Below are positions 47,819 through 57,844 of a stretch of 64,000 bases of DNA, in pieces. The notes below the pieces were generated by a model. It was not told the DNA's origin. It did not search any database and saw only the letters and a program-made list of their open reading frames with translations. Positions within the stretch are counted from its first letter, which is position 1. The number at the start of each line of letters is the position of its first letter. The position numbers and the translations under genes were made by a program. The stretch is from Alphaproteobacteria bacterium (GTDB lineage: Bacteria; Pseudomonadota; Alphaproteobacteria; UBA6615): assembly GCA_009691025.1 (NCBI GenBank), contig SHWB01000001.1:128652-192651 (forward strand). Reading direction: 5' to 3'.

Positions 47819-49252
47819 ATGTATCCCGAGGTCCAGCTTCACATCGACGGCCAGTGGTGCGCCGGTTCCGGCGGCAAGAGCGAGCCGGTGCTGAACCCGG
47901 CCACGGGCGAGGCCATCGGGCGCGTTCCGCATGCCTCGCGCGACGACCTCGACCGCGCCGTCGCGGCGTCGGAGAAGGGCTTCCGCGCCTGGAAGAAGGT
48001 CTCGGCCTTCGATCGCTACAAGACGCTGCGCAAGGCTGCCGACCTCATCCGTTCGCGCGCCGACGACATCGCCCGCGTCATGTCGCTGGAACAGGGCAAG
48101 CCGCTGGGCGAGGCCAGGGGCGAGACGCTGCTGGCCGGCGATCTGATGGACTGGTTCGGCGAGGAGTCGCGGCGCGCCTATGGCCGCGTCATTCCGGCGC
48201 GCTCCGAGGGCGTCTACCAGCTCGTGGTGAAGGAGCCGGTCGGCCCCGTCGCCGCCTTCACGCCGTGGAATTTCCCGATCAACCAGGCGGTGCGCAAGCT
48301 TTCCGCCGCAGTCGCCACCGGTTGCTCGATCATCCTCAAGGGACCGGAAGAGACGCCGGCGAGCTGCGCCGATCTGGTGCGCTGCTATGTCGACGCCGGC
48401 GTGCCGGCAGGCGTCGTGCAGCTCGTCTATGGCGTGCCGTCGGAGATTTCGGAGTACCTCATCCCGCACCCGACGATTCGCAAGGTGACGTTCACCGGCT
48501 CTACGGCGGTAGGCAAGCACCTCGCCATGCTCGCTGGCCAGCACATGAAGCGCATCACCATGGAACTCGGCGGCCACGCGCCGGCCATCGTGTTCGAGGA
48601 CGCCGATGTCGATGTGGCGATCAAGGTGTTGTCGGCCAACAAGTACCGCAACGCCGGCCAGGTCTGCGTCTCGCCTACGCGCTTCCTCGTGCACGAAAAG
48701 GTCTATGGCCAGTTCGTCGACGGCTTCGTCGCCGCGGCCAAGGGCATCAAGGTCGGCGACGGGCTCGACAAGGACACGCGCATGGGCCCGCTGGCCAATT
48801 CGCGCCGCCTCGAGGCGATGGAGGCCTTCGTCGCCGATGCGCAGCAGCAGGGCGCCAGACTGGCGACCGGCGGACGGCGCATCGGCAACAAGGGCAATTT
48901 TTACGAGCCGACGGTGCTGACCGACGTGCCGCTGTCGGCGCGCATCATGAATGAAGAGCCGTTCGGACCGGTGGCGCCGATCGTGTCCTTCTCCGATTTC
49001 GACGCCGTGGTGGCCGAGGCCAACCGGCTGCAATACGGCCTCGCCGCCTACGCCTACACGAAATCGGCCAAGACGGCGGCGGCGATCGGCGCCGCCTTCG
49101 AAAGCGGCATGGTGTCGATCAACCACCATGGGCTCGCCCTGCCGGAAGTTCCGTTCGGCGGCATCAAGGATTCGGGTTTCGGTTCCGAAGGGGGATCGGA
49201 AGCTATCGAGGCTTACCTGAATACCAAGTTCATCACCCAGGTGGGTCTCTAG
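47819..49252 (+). CDS. NAD(P)-dependent aldehyde dehydrogenase (succinate-semialdehyde dehydrogenase-like)
   Basis: ATG 47819 lies 6 nt after GGGAGG. It has the ALDH motifs FTPWNFP and ELGGHAP and the catalytic Cys region [14 protein letters not shown]. 477 aa. Confidence 0.88.
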   Translation: MYPEVQLHIDGQWCAGSGGKSEPVLNPATGEAIGRVPHASRDDLDRAVAASEKGFRAWKKVSAFDRYKTLRKAADLIRSRADDIARVMSLEQGKPLGEARGETLLAGDLMDWFGEESRRAYGRVIPARSEGVYQLVVKEPVGPVAAFTPWNFPINQAVRKLSAAVATGCSIILKGPEETPASCADLVRCYVDAGVPAGVVQLVYGVPSEISEYLIPHPTIRKVTFTGSTAVGKHLAMLAGQHMKRITMELGGHAPAIVFEDADVDVAIKVLSANKYRNAGQVCVSPTRFLVHEKVYGQFVDGFVAAAKGIKVGDGLDKDTRMGPLANSRRLEAMEAFVADAQQQGARLATGGRRIGNKGNFYEPTVLTDVPLSARIMNEEPFGPVAPIVSFSDFDAVVAEANRLQYGLAAYAYTKSAKTAAAIGAAFESGMVSINHHGLALPEVPFGGIKDSGFGSEGGSEAIEAYLNTKFITQVGL

Positions 49253-49340
49253 CCGGACGGATGTGCGCCTGCTGCAATGACCTCGTCCGGCGTCGTCGGG
49301 CGGGGTCCCATGGCCAGATCCCGCCGGGAAGACGGCAGGC

Positions 49341-49502
49341 ATGACGTTTGAACAGATCGCCGTCGGTCTGATCCTCGCCGGTGCGCTCGGCGGCTTCATG
49401 TGGGGCCGCTTCCGCTTCGACGTTGTGTCGCTGGCGGCCCTGCTGGCCGCCGTCGCCTCCGGCGTCGTACCGGCGGCCTAGGCGTTCAGTGGCTTCGGCC
49501 AC
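49341..49502 (+). pseudogene. SLC13/DASS-family permease, N-terminal ~53-codon stub with an in-frame TAG
   Basis: MTFEQIAVGLILAGALGGFMWGRFRFDVVSLAALLAAVASGVVPAA, then TAG (49479-49481), then AFSGFGH. Family similarity then stops abruptly. Confidence 0.6.
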
Positions 49503-50141
49503 CGCCGGCCACAACCAGAGCGACCGCGTCGTCGGCCACGGCGCCTGGGCGTTCGAATACGCGGCGACGGCGCGCCTGCCCGACGCCGAGCGCCAGCGCC
49601 TCGCCGACATCGCGCGCAAGGCCATCGGCCTCGGCATCGAGCACGGCAAGCCGGCGCAGGTGAAGTGGGAGAGCTTTCCCCGGCTGATGCAGGCGCTGCG
49701 CGCCACCTTCGTGACGCTGACGCTCGACGGCAGGCTGCGCGGCTGCATCGGCTCGGTCGTGCCGCACCAGCCGCTGGTCGACGACGTCGTCGCCAACGCC
49801 CACAAGGCCGCTTTCCACGATCCTCGCTTCAAGCCTCTGACGCATGAGGAATCGCAGCGCCTCGACGTATCGGTGTCGATCCTCTCGCATCCGCGGCAGA
49901 TGGAGTTCCGCTCCGAGGCCGAGGCGATCGAGGTCCTGCGGCCCGAAATCGACGGCATCCTCCTCGAGGCCCGCGACGCTGGCGGCCAGCAGCGACGTGG
50001 CCTGTTCCTACCGCAGGTCTGGGAGCAGCTCCCCGATCCTAAGACCTTCCCCCCCACCGCAAGGAGAAGGCGGGCCTGCCCGGCGATTTCTGGAACGACA
50101 GCGTGAAGCTCTGGCGCTACCGCACCGAGACGTTCCACTGA
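49503..50141 (+). pseudogene. AmmeMemoRadiSam system protein A (AMMECR1 domain) preceded by the last residues of a Memo-like AmrB domain. It is 5'-truncated and frameshifted.
   Basis: The AMMECR1 core is present (RATFVTLTLDGRLRGCIGS...AAFHDPRF...GLFLPQVWEQLPDP). No plausible start codon exists. The frame breaks in a C7 run (50049-50055). The conserved tail KEKAGLPGDFWNDSVKLWRYRTETFH is in the -1 frame and ends at 50141. Confidence 0.75.
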
Positions 50142-50250
50142 GCAGACGGATTCGGCGCGGGCTCTGTCGTCAACGCACCGGCTCGATCAGCGCCTCCGAC
50201 GCCGCGCGCTGCGCGAAATCCTTCAACCGCACCGGTTCGCGCCGCCGCCC

Positions 50251-51342
50251 CTAGTCGCCGGGCGGGCCGTCGAACACGCCGGCGCAGCGCGTGCCGCAAC
50301 TCCGGCAATGGCCCGTCGGGTCGAGGCGCAATTCCGACAGCATGTACCAGTCGCGGCCGATCAGCCGCTCGCCGCAATTATGGCAGAAGGTCGACTGGCG
50401 CGCCTTGTCGTGGACGTTGCCGACATAGGCGTGCCGGATGCCGTTGGCCATCGCGACGGTGCGGGCTCGGATCAGGGTGGCGTGCGGGGTGCGCGCCTTG
50501 TCGCGCATCTTCCAGTCGGGGTGGAAGGCGGTGAAGTGAACCGGCACGTCGGGCCCCAGCTCGTCGACCACCCAGCGCGACAGGCGCTCGATCTCGGAGG
50601 CACTGTCGTTCTCGCCGGGGATGAGCAGCGTGGTGATCTCGAACCACACCTTCGTCTCGTGATTCAGGTAGACCAGCGTGTCGAGCACCGGGGCCAGCCG
50701 CGCCCAGCAAAGCTGCTGGTAGAATTCCTAGGTGAAGCCCTTGAGGTCGACATTGGCCGCATCCATGCCGGCGAAGAATTCCCGGCGCGCGGCCGGTGAC
50801 ACGTAGCCGGCCGTCACCGCCACGGTCCTTATGTCCTTATCGCGGCAGGCCGCCGAGACATCGAGAGCGTATTCGAGGAAGATCACCGGATCGTGGTAGG
50901 TGAAGGCGACCTAGCGGCAGCCGATCTGCTGCGCCGCGCGGGCGATGGTCTCGGGGTCGGCGGCATCGGCTAGGGTGTCGATCTCGCGGCTCTTCGAGAT
51001 GTCCCAGTTCTGGCAGAACTTGCAGGTCAGGTTGCAGCCGGCCGTGCCGAAGGACAGCACCGGCGTGCCGGGCAGGAAGTGGTTGAGCGGCTTCTTCTCG
51101 ATCGGATCGACGCAGTATCCCGACGAGCGGCCCCAAGTGGTCAGCACCATCTGCTCGCCGGCTCGCGCCCGCACGAAGCAGAGGCCGCGCTGGCCGTCGT
51201 TGAGCTTGCACTCGCGCGGACAGACGTCGCACTGGATGCGGCCGTCGTCGAGGCGGTGCCAGTGGCGCGCGGGCACCACCCCGTCCGCCGGGACGAGGTT
51301 GGGCTCGGCTGCGGTCATCGTCGGATCCTGAGCGGTGACCAT
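50251..51342 (-). pseudogene. AmmeMemoRadiSam system radical SAM enzyme with two in-frame TAG codons
   Basis: A single reading frame is interrupted at 50913-50911 and 50730-50728. It has a Zn-ribbon-like N-terminus (CDVCPRECKL), the radical SAM motif GTAGCNLTCKFCQNW, and a C-terminus reading FCHNCGERLIGRDWY...CRSCG. Confidence 0.8.
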
Positions 51343-51433
51343 AGCATAGCGGGCTTGGTTGCGGGCCTGCCGGTCGCCTATGATCTGGGCCGGTTCTCTC
51401 CCCGCACCACAACCCGAGACACGAGGCGTCGAG

Positions 51434-53767
51434 ATGGGTCAGTTCGGCATTGGCCAGGCGGTTCCGCGCACCGAGGATTTCCGGCTGCTGTCAGGTGGCG
51501 GCCGTTACACCGACGACGTGCAGCTCAAGGGCCAGGCCCATTGCTTCGTGCTGCGCTCGCCGCATGCCCATGCCGAGATCGGCGCCATCGACACGGCGGC
51601 GGCGAAGGCGGCGCCCGGCGTGCTGTCCGTGCTGACCGGCGCCGACGCCATCGCCGACGGGCTCGGCGCGCTGCCCGTGCTGCCCCAGGTCAAGAACATC
51701 GACGGCAGCACCAACTACAAGTCGACGCGGCCGGTGCTCGCCCACGGCAAGGTGCGCCATGTCGGCGACCCGGTGGTAGCGGTGATCTCCGAGACGCTGG
51801 CCCAGGCGCGCGACGCGGCCGAACTGGTGGCCATCGACTACAAGGCCCTGCCGTCGACGACCGATGCGCGCAGCGGCTGCGAGGCCGGCGCGCCGCTGGT
51901 ATGGGACGACTGCAAGTCCAACCTCTGCTTCGACTGGGGCAAGGGTGATCGCGAGGCGACCGAGGCGGCCTTTCGGAAGGCGACGCGCGTCGTGTCGCTG
52001 GAGCTGGTCAACAACCGCGTCGTCGTCAACCCGATGGAGACGCGCGCGGCCGTCGCCGACTACGACGCGAAAAACGACCGCACGACACTCTACACGTCTA
52101 GCCAGGGCGTGCAGATGCTGAAGGGACACCTCAACGAGGTCGTCAAGCTGCCGCCCGATCAGGTGCGTGTCGTCACCGGCGATGTCGGCGGCGGCTTCGG
52201 CATGAAGATCTTCCTGCACCCCGAGCAGCCGCTCGTCGTGTGGGCCTCGCGCAAGCTGAAGCGCCCGGTGCGCTGGACGGCCGACCGCGCCGAGGGCTTC
52301 CTGTCCGACGCGCAGGGCCGCGACCACTACAGCCGGGCCGAGATGGCGCTCGACGAGCAGGGCCATTTCCTTGGCCTGCGCGTCACCACCTGGGCCAATC
52401 TCGGCGCCTATCTCTCGGTCATGGCGCCATACATCCCGACCGAGGCAGGCACGGCGATGCTCAACGGCCTCTATCGCATCCCGGCGATCTGGGCGAATGT
52501 GAAGGGCGTGCTGACCAACACCGTGCCGGTGGACGCCTATCGCGGCGCCGGCCGGCCCGAGGCGATCTATCTGATCGAGCGGATGGTCGACAAGATCGCC
52601 CGCACGATGAAGATCGCGCCAGACGAGTTGCGCCGCCGCAACTTCATTCCGGCGGAGGCGCTGCCATACACGACGGCACTGGGCGACGTGTTCGATTCCG
52701 GCGAGTTCACCGCGATCATGGAGCAGGCGATGAAGCGGGCCGACTGGTCCGGCTTCGCCGCCCGCCGCGCGGAGTCGGCAAAGCGCGGCAAGCTGCGCGG
52801 CATCGGCCTCGCCACCTATGTCGAGCGTTGCGGCGGCGGGGGCGCCGAGACCGCCGATGTGCGCTTCGACCCGACCGGTGAGCGCGTCAGCATCATCATC
52901 GGCACGATGTCGAACGGGCAGGGCCACGACACCGCCTACAAGCAGATCATGTCGGCCAAGCTCGGCATCGACACCGACACCATCACCGTCGTGCAGGGCG
53001 ATACCGACATCGTACCCGGCGGCCTCACCGGCGGCTCGCGCTCGGTGACGGTCGGCGGCCCGGCGGTCGCCTTCGCCTCGGAGAAGATCATCGCCAATGG
53101 CCGCGCCGTGGCCGCGCATGTGATGGAATCGGCCGAGGCCGACATCGAATATGCGATGGGCACCTTCACCGTCGCTGGTACGGACAAGCGCATGAGCCTG
53201 TTCGACGTGGCCAGGGCCGCGCTCGACCAGAAGAACCTGCCCGAGGGCGTCAAGCCGGGGCTCGACGAGAAGCACACCCACCAGCCCGACGTGCCGACCT
53301 TTCCCAACGGCGCGCATATCTGCGAGGTCGAGGTCGATCCCGACACCGGCAATGTCCTGCTGGACCGCTACACGGCGGTCGACGATTTCGGCGACGTCAT
53401 CAACCCCTTGCTCATCGCCGGCCAGGTGCATGGCGGCGTGGCGCAGGGCGCCGGCCAGGCGCTGTGGGAGCACACGGTGTACGACGAGTCCGGCCAGCTC
53501 GTGACCGGATCGTTCATGGACTACACCATGCCGCACGCCGATCACCTGCCCTTCGTCGATTTCACCATGCGCAACGTGCCGTGCCGTACCAACCCGATGG
53601 GCATCAAGGGCGCGGGCGAGGCCGGAGCCATCGGAGCGCCGCCGGCGGTGATCAACGCCATCGTCGACGCGGTCGAGCCGGTCGTCGGGCTGGTCGATGT
53701 CGACATGCCGGCGACGCCCGACCGGGTATGGAACCTCCTCGCCGCGCGGCGCATGGCGGCGGAGTAG
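51434..53767 (+). CDS. xanthine dehydrogenase/CO dehydrogenase family molybdopterin-binding large subunit, form II CoxL-like
   Basis: Start at [28 protein letters not shown] (51434). It carries the form-II active-site loop AYRGAGR ([14 protein letters not shown]). 777 aa. No FAD or 2Fe-2S subunit genes are adjacent. Confidence 0.85.
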   Translation: MGQFGIGQAVPRTEDFRLLSGGGRYTDDVQLKGQAHCFVLRSPHAHAEIGAIDTAAAKAAPGVLSVLTGADAIADGLGALPVLPQVKNIDGSTNYKSTRPVLAHGKVRHVGDPVVAVISETLAQARDAAELVAIDYKALPSTTDARSGCEAGAPLVWDDCKSNLCFDWGKGDREATEAAFRKATRVVSLELVNNRVVVNPMETRAAVADYDAKNDRTTLYTSSQGVQMLKGHLNEVVKLPPDQVRVVTGDVGGGFGMKIFLHPEQPLVVWASRKLKRPVRWTADRAEGFLSDAQGRDHYSRAEMALDEQGHFLGLRVTTWANLGAYLSVMAPYIPTEAGTAMLNGLYRIPAIWANVKGVLTNTVPVDAYRGAGRPEAIYLIERMVDKIARTMKIAPDELRRRNFIPAEALPYTTALGDVFDSGEFTAIMEQAMKRADWSGFAARRAESAKRGKLRGIGLATYVERCGGGGAETADVRFDPTGERVSIIIGTMSNGQGHDTAYKQIMSAKLGIDTDTITVVQGDTDIVPGGLTGGSRSVTVGGPAVAFASEKIIANGRAVAAHVMESAEADIEYAMGTFTVAGTDKRMSLFDVARAALDQKNLPEGVKPGLDEKHTHQPDVPTFPNGAHICEVEVDPDTGNVLLDRYTAVDDFGDVINPLLIAGQVHGGVAQGAGQALWEHTVYDESGQLVTGSFMDYTMPHADHLPFVDFTMRNVPCRTNPMGIKGAGEAGAIGAPPAVINAIVDAVEPVVGLVDVDMPATPDRVWNLLAARRMAAE

Positions 53768-53776
53768 TCCTCCTTG

Positions 53777-53806
53777 CTTTCCGGCACCCATGCGGGTGCC
53801 GGAAAG
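53777..53806 (+). terminator. strong hairpin 10 nt after the CoxL-like stop (putative terminator without a U-tract)
   Basis: CTTTCCGGCACCC - ATGC - GGGTGCCGGAAAG, a 13-bp perfect stem. The following sequence is GTGGAGAG, with no T run. Confidence 0.5.
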
Positions 53807-53973
53807 GTGGAGAGATAGCGCGGCCGGGCGTTTCGCGCGGGGGTGGGCCCGAATGCGCCGGCCGGATTGCCCGACCGGACCAGCGCGCCTCACTCTGCGA
53901 CCTCGGAGCTAGGAGAGGAGCGGGCTACGGTGCGGTCTCGCCTTTCGCGCCGTCGCCGCAATCCAGGAACATC

Positions 53974-54765
53974 ATGAACGGTCCATCCTCTCTCGATCTC
54001 GCCTCGCTGCTGCCCGCAGTCTCCGCCATCGCGCGCGCAGCCGGTGCGGCCATCCGCGCCGTCGCCGCGGGCGACATGGATCGCGTGCACAAGACCGACG
54101 GCTCGCCGGTGACGGCGGCCGACCACGCCAGCGAGCGGTCGATCCTGCCGGCGCTGGCGGCGCTGACGCCAGACATTCCCATCGTCTCGGAGGAAGCGGT
54201 TGCGGCCGGCCGCGTGCCCGATGTGACGGGCGGCCGCTTCTGGCTCGTCGATCCGCTCGACGGGACTCGCGAATACGTCGCCGGCAACGGCGAGTACGCG
54301 GTGTGCATCGGCCTCGTCGTCGCCTTCGTGCCGGTGCTCGGCGTCCTCCATGGCCCGGCTAGCGACGTGACCTGGGCCGGTGCCGGGGCCGGAACGGCGA
54401 CCCGCAAGGAAGCGGATGGCGCGCCCGTGCCCGTCGCCTGTCGCGTGCCGCCCGCGGAGGGGATCGACATCCTGGTCAGCCGCTCGCACGGTCGCAACGA
54501 CCGCATGGCGGACTTCATCGCCGAACGCGGCCTTCGCGTGCGCCAGCTCGACCCGCTCGGCAGCGCGCTCAAATTCGCCCGCGTCGCCGAGGGCGTAGCG
54601 GATCTCTATCCGCGCCTCGCCCCGACCTGCGAGTGGGATACGGCCTCGGGGCATGCTCTGGTGCTTGCCGCGGGCGGCCACGTCGAGACGCTCGACGGCG
54701 CGCCGCTGCTCTACGGCAAGCCGAAATTCCTCAATCCCGATTTTCTCGTCTGGGGTGCAGGCTAG
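53974..54765 (+). CDS. cysQ: 3'(2'),5'-bisphosphate nucleotidase
   Basis: Start at MNGPSSLDLASLL (53974). It has inositol monophosphatase-fold motifs (SEE, WLVDPLDGTREY, EWDTASGHAL). 263 aa. Confidence 0.85.
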   Translation: MNGPSSLDLASLLPAVSAIARAAGAAIRAVAAGDMDRVHKTDGSPVTAADHASERSILPALAALTPDIPIVSEEAVAAGRVPDVTGGRFWLVDPLDGTREYVAGNGEYAVCIGLVVAFVPVLGVLHGPASDVTWAGAGAGTATRKEADGAPVPVACRVPPAEGIDILVSRSHGRNDRMADFIAERGLRVRQLDPLGSALKFARVAEGVADLYPRLAPTCEWDTASGHALVLAAGGHVETLDGAPLLYGKPKFLNPDFLVWGAG

Positions 54766-55487
54766 CGTACGCCTGCGGCACTCAGCATCTCGGCGGCGAG
54801 AGAACGCACTTCCTCGGCGCCGGCGCTGCTGCCGGCGGCCTCGGTGATGCCGTGTCCCGTGGCGAGGCTGCGCGCCAGCGCAGTGCGCGAGCCGAGGCTG
54901 GAGCGGGCCACCGCGACGCCCATGCGCGCCAGTTCCCTGGCCGCCTCGTCGGCGACAGGACCGCGCGGTGGCACGCGGTTGAGCACGGCCACGGCCTTGC
55001 GCCGCTCGGCCTTCGCCAGTTCCAGCGTCGGGCCGGCCGCCCACAAATCGAGCGGGCTCGGCTGCACCGGCACCAGCACGAGGGCGGCGGCGCGCACGGC
55101 GATGCGCGCCTCGGTCTCGGCATGCGGCGGGCTGTCGATGACGACGAGGTCGTAGTCGCCGACGACCCTGGCGAGGATCGTGGTCAGGTGGTGGCCGGGG
55201 ACCGCAACGAAGTGGAAACCGGTGGCGCCATCGCCGAGGCGGGCGGCGCGCGCGCCGTGCCAGGCGCCGAGACTGCCCTGCGGGTCGACATCGACCAGCG
55301 CCACGCGCCAGCCCATGCCCGACCAGACGACCGCCAGATGCGCGGCCAGCGTGGTCTTGCCCGCGCCGCCCTTCTGCTGCGCCACGGTGATGACCGTTGC
55401 TGCAATGGGCCGCCTCCGCTTGCCGCTCGATAGTGCGGCTGCGAACGAGTCTTCGCAATTGCGAAAGGGATGCGCCCGAATGGGCAT
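54762..55487 (-). CDS. ParA/MinD-like P-loop ATPase (orphan, small)
   Basis: It has the deviant Walker A QQKGGAGKTTLAAHLA and DVDPQGS, and is about 215 aa from the Walker A onward. The start is uncertain: the nearest in-frame ATG (55487) leaves about 27 aa before the first beta strand. Confidence 0.7.
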   Translation of the reverse strand: MPIRAHPFRNCEDSFAAALSSGKRRRPIAATVITVAQQKGGAGKTTLAAHLAVVWSGMGWRVALVDVDPQGSLGAWHGARAARLGDGATGFHFVAVPGHHLTTILARVVGDYDLVVIDSPPHAETEARIAVRAAALVLVPVQPSPLDLWAAGPTLELAKAERRKAVAVLNRVPPRGPVADEAARELARMGVAVARSSLGSRTALARSLATGHGITEAAGSSAGAEEVRSLAAEMLSAAGVR

Positions 55488-55506
55488 CGTGGCACAAGGC
55501 CCCGAC

Positions 55507-56466
55507 ATGACCGGAAGCCCGACCATCCGCCCGGCCGATCCCGACGCCATCGAGGCGGCGACGGCGGTGCTGCGCGAAGGTGGCCTCGTAGCCTTCCCGA
55601 CCGAGACGGTCTATGGCCTCGGCGCCGACGCCACGAACGAGCGCGCCGTCGCGGCGATCTTCTTGGCCAAGGACCGGCCGCGCTTCAACCCGCTGATCGC
55701 CCATTATGCAACCGCAGACGGGCCGGGCCGGGACGTGGTGCTTGACGGCCGCGCCCGGCGGCTCGCCGCCGCCTTCTGGCCCGGCCCGCTGACGCTGGTG
55801 TTGCCGCGCAGGGCCGACACACGGCTTGCGGAGCTGGCCAGCGCCGGCCTCGCGAGCGCGGCCGTCCGTGTGCCGGCGCATCCGGTGGCGCGCGCGCTGA
55901 TCGCTGCGGCCGGCGTGCCGCTGGCCGCGCCCAGCGCCAACCGCTCGGGCGAACCGAGCCCCACGCTGGCCGAACATGTCGCCGCCTCGCTGGGGGAGAG
56001 AGTCGGCCTGATCCTCGACGGCGGCGCCTGCGCCGTCGGCCTCGAATCGACGGTGGTCGATCTCACCGGACCATTTCCGGCGATCCTGCGCCATGGCGCG
56101 GTGACGGCCGAGGATGTGGCGGCTCTGGTGGGGCCGCTGGTGCACGCCGAGGATGACGCAGGCCGGCCGAAGAGCCCGGGAAGGCTCGCCCGCCACTACG
56201 CGCCGCGCACAAGGCTGCGTCTCGATGCGCGCGACGTCGCGGCCGGCGAGGCCCTGCTGGCCTTCGGCCCGGACGGTTTGCCGGGTGCTGCCGTGACCAT
56301 GAACCTTTCGCCGGCGGCCGACCTGACCGAGGCCGCGGCCAATCTGTTCGCCATGCTGCGCGCGCTCGATGCCAGCGGCTGTGCCGGCATCGCCGTCATG
56401 CCGATCCCCGGCCACGGCATCGGCCGCGCCATCAACGAGCGCCTGCGCCGCGCCGCCGAAGGCTGA
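55507..56466 (+). CDS. tsaC: L-threonylcarbamoyladenylate synthase, long Sua5-type (YrdC domain + Sua5 C-terminal domain)
   Basis: YrdC motifs are present (VAFPTETVYGLGADA, NPLIAH, SANRSGEPSPT), followed by a roughly 110-aa C-terminal domain. Start at ATG 55507, with an alternative at ATG 55480. Confidence 0.85.
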   Translation: MTGSPTIRPADPDAIEAATAVLREGGLVAFPTETVYGLGADATNERAVAAIFLAKDRPRFNPLIAHYATADGPGRDVVLDGRARRLAAAFWPGPLTLVLPRRADTRLAELASAGLASAAVRVPAHPVARALIAAAGVPLAAPSANRSGEPSPTLAEHVAASLGERVGLILDGGACAVGLESTVVDLTGPFPAILRHGAVTAEDVAALVGPLVHAEDDAGRPKSPGRLARHYAPRTRLRLDARDVAAGEALLAFGPDGLPGAAVTMNLSPAADLTEAAANLFAMLRALDASGCAGIAVMPIPGHGIGRAINERLRRAAEG

Positions 56467-56469
56467 GAC

Positions 56470-57666
56470 TCAGGCGCGCGCCGGCCGGAGCGGCAGAAGA
56501 AGCAGTGCAATGACGGCGCCGGCCGCCATGACGAGGCAGGCGATCGCCATCCAGCGCATCGTGTTGGTCGGCAGGGCGGCGATGACGAAGGCCAGCAGGG
56601 CACCGCTGGCGATCTGGGCGAAGCCCTGGAAGGATGCTGCGGAGCCGGCTATCCGCGGATCGACCGATACGGCGCCGGAAATGGCGTTAGGGAAGACCAG
56701 CCCCGAGGCGATGGCGTAGATGAACATCGGGACGACTATGGTTACGGCCGACGGCGCGAGGGATCCGGCGAACGGCAGGGACATGGCGAACAGGTTGAGC
56801 GGCGCGCCTAGTTTAAGCACGCGGTCGCCGTGCATGCGGCGCAGCAGCCGGCTGGTGCAGTAATTGCCGACCGAGAACATCGTCGCGATGACGAACAGCA
56901 TGATGCTGAACTCCAGACGCGAATGGCCGAGCACGCCGATGATCACCGCCGGTCCGACCGACAGGAAGCCGAACAGTCCGCAGGTAGCGAAGGACAGCAG
57001 GATGACGTAGCCTACATAGCGGCGCAGGCCGAGCATCCGCAGGAAGCGCGCCGCGATATCACCCCAGCCGGCGACCGTGCCGGACCTGCGATGCGGGTTC
57101 GTCTCGGCCAGCCGCGTGGCCGACAGTACGAACAGGGAGATGCCGGTCACGGCGAGCAGTCCGAACACCTCCCGCCAGCCCAGGAGCCAGTCGACGACAC
57201 CCCCGAGGATCGGTGCCGCCGCCGGCGCGATCGATTGCAGCATCGCCACCAGGGCCATCGTCGCGGCGACGCGGGCCGGCGGAAACGGATCCTGCACTAA
57301 GGCCCGGGCAACGATGATCGCCGCCGCGGCGCCGGCCACCTGGCCGACGCGGGCGGCAATCGTGATGTCGGCCGTCGGCGCCAGAGCCGCCTAAAGCGAC
57401 GCCGCAACGAAGACAGCCAGCCCACCGAACAGGACAGTCCGCCGACCCAGCCGGTCGGATAGCGGCCCGACCAAAAGCATGCCGATCCCGAAAGTGGCGA
57501 GGAACAGCGACACGGTGAGCTGGACCTTGGCGTAGTCGGAGGCGAGGTCGACGACGATCACCGGGATAGACTGGACATGCATCGACAGCGACAGCGGACC
57601 CAGCGCGCCGAGCATTCCGACAAACAGAAGATGCCGCTTTTGCGAAGGATCGTCCGGCGCGGTCAT
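56470..57666 (-). pseudogene. MFS transporter (Bcr/CflA-like) with one in-frame TAG
   Basis: ORFs 57391..57666 and 56470..57339 share a frame and together encode a 12-helix MFS protein (GPLSDRLGRRTVL). The frame is interrupted only by TAG at 57393-57391 (...VFVAASL * AALAPTADI...). Confidence 0.8.
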
Positions 57667-57844
57667 CGGGCGGGCCCGGAGAGCGTAAGCTGGTGGCGGG
57701 GTGCGGCCCGCTCATGGCACATCGGGCCGCCGGCGGCAACGACGTGCCTGTGCGAAGCATTCACCAGAGTTTGCCGGCCCGCCGCCTTGCGGCGCTGGCG
57801 GCGCTGCGCTGTGGTGGGCGAGACCGAAGGGGCAGGAGGGCGCC

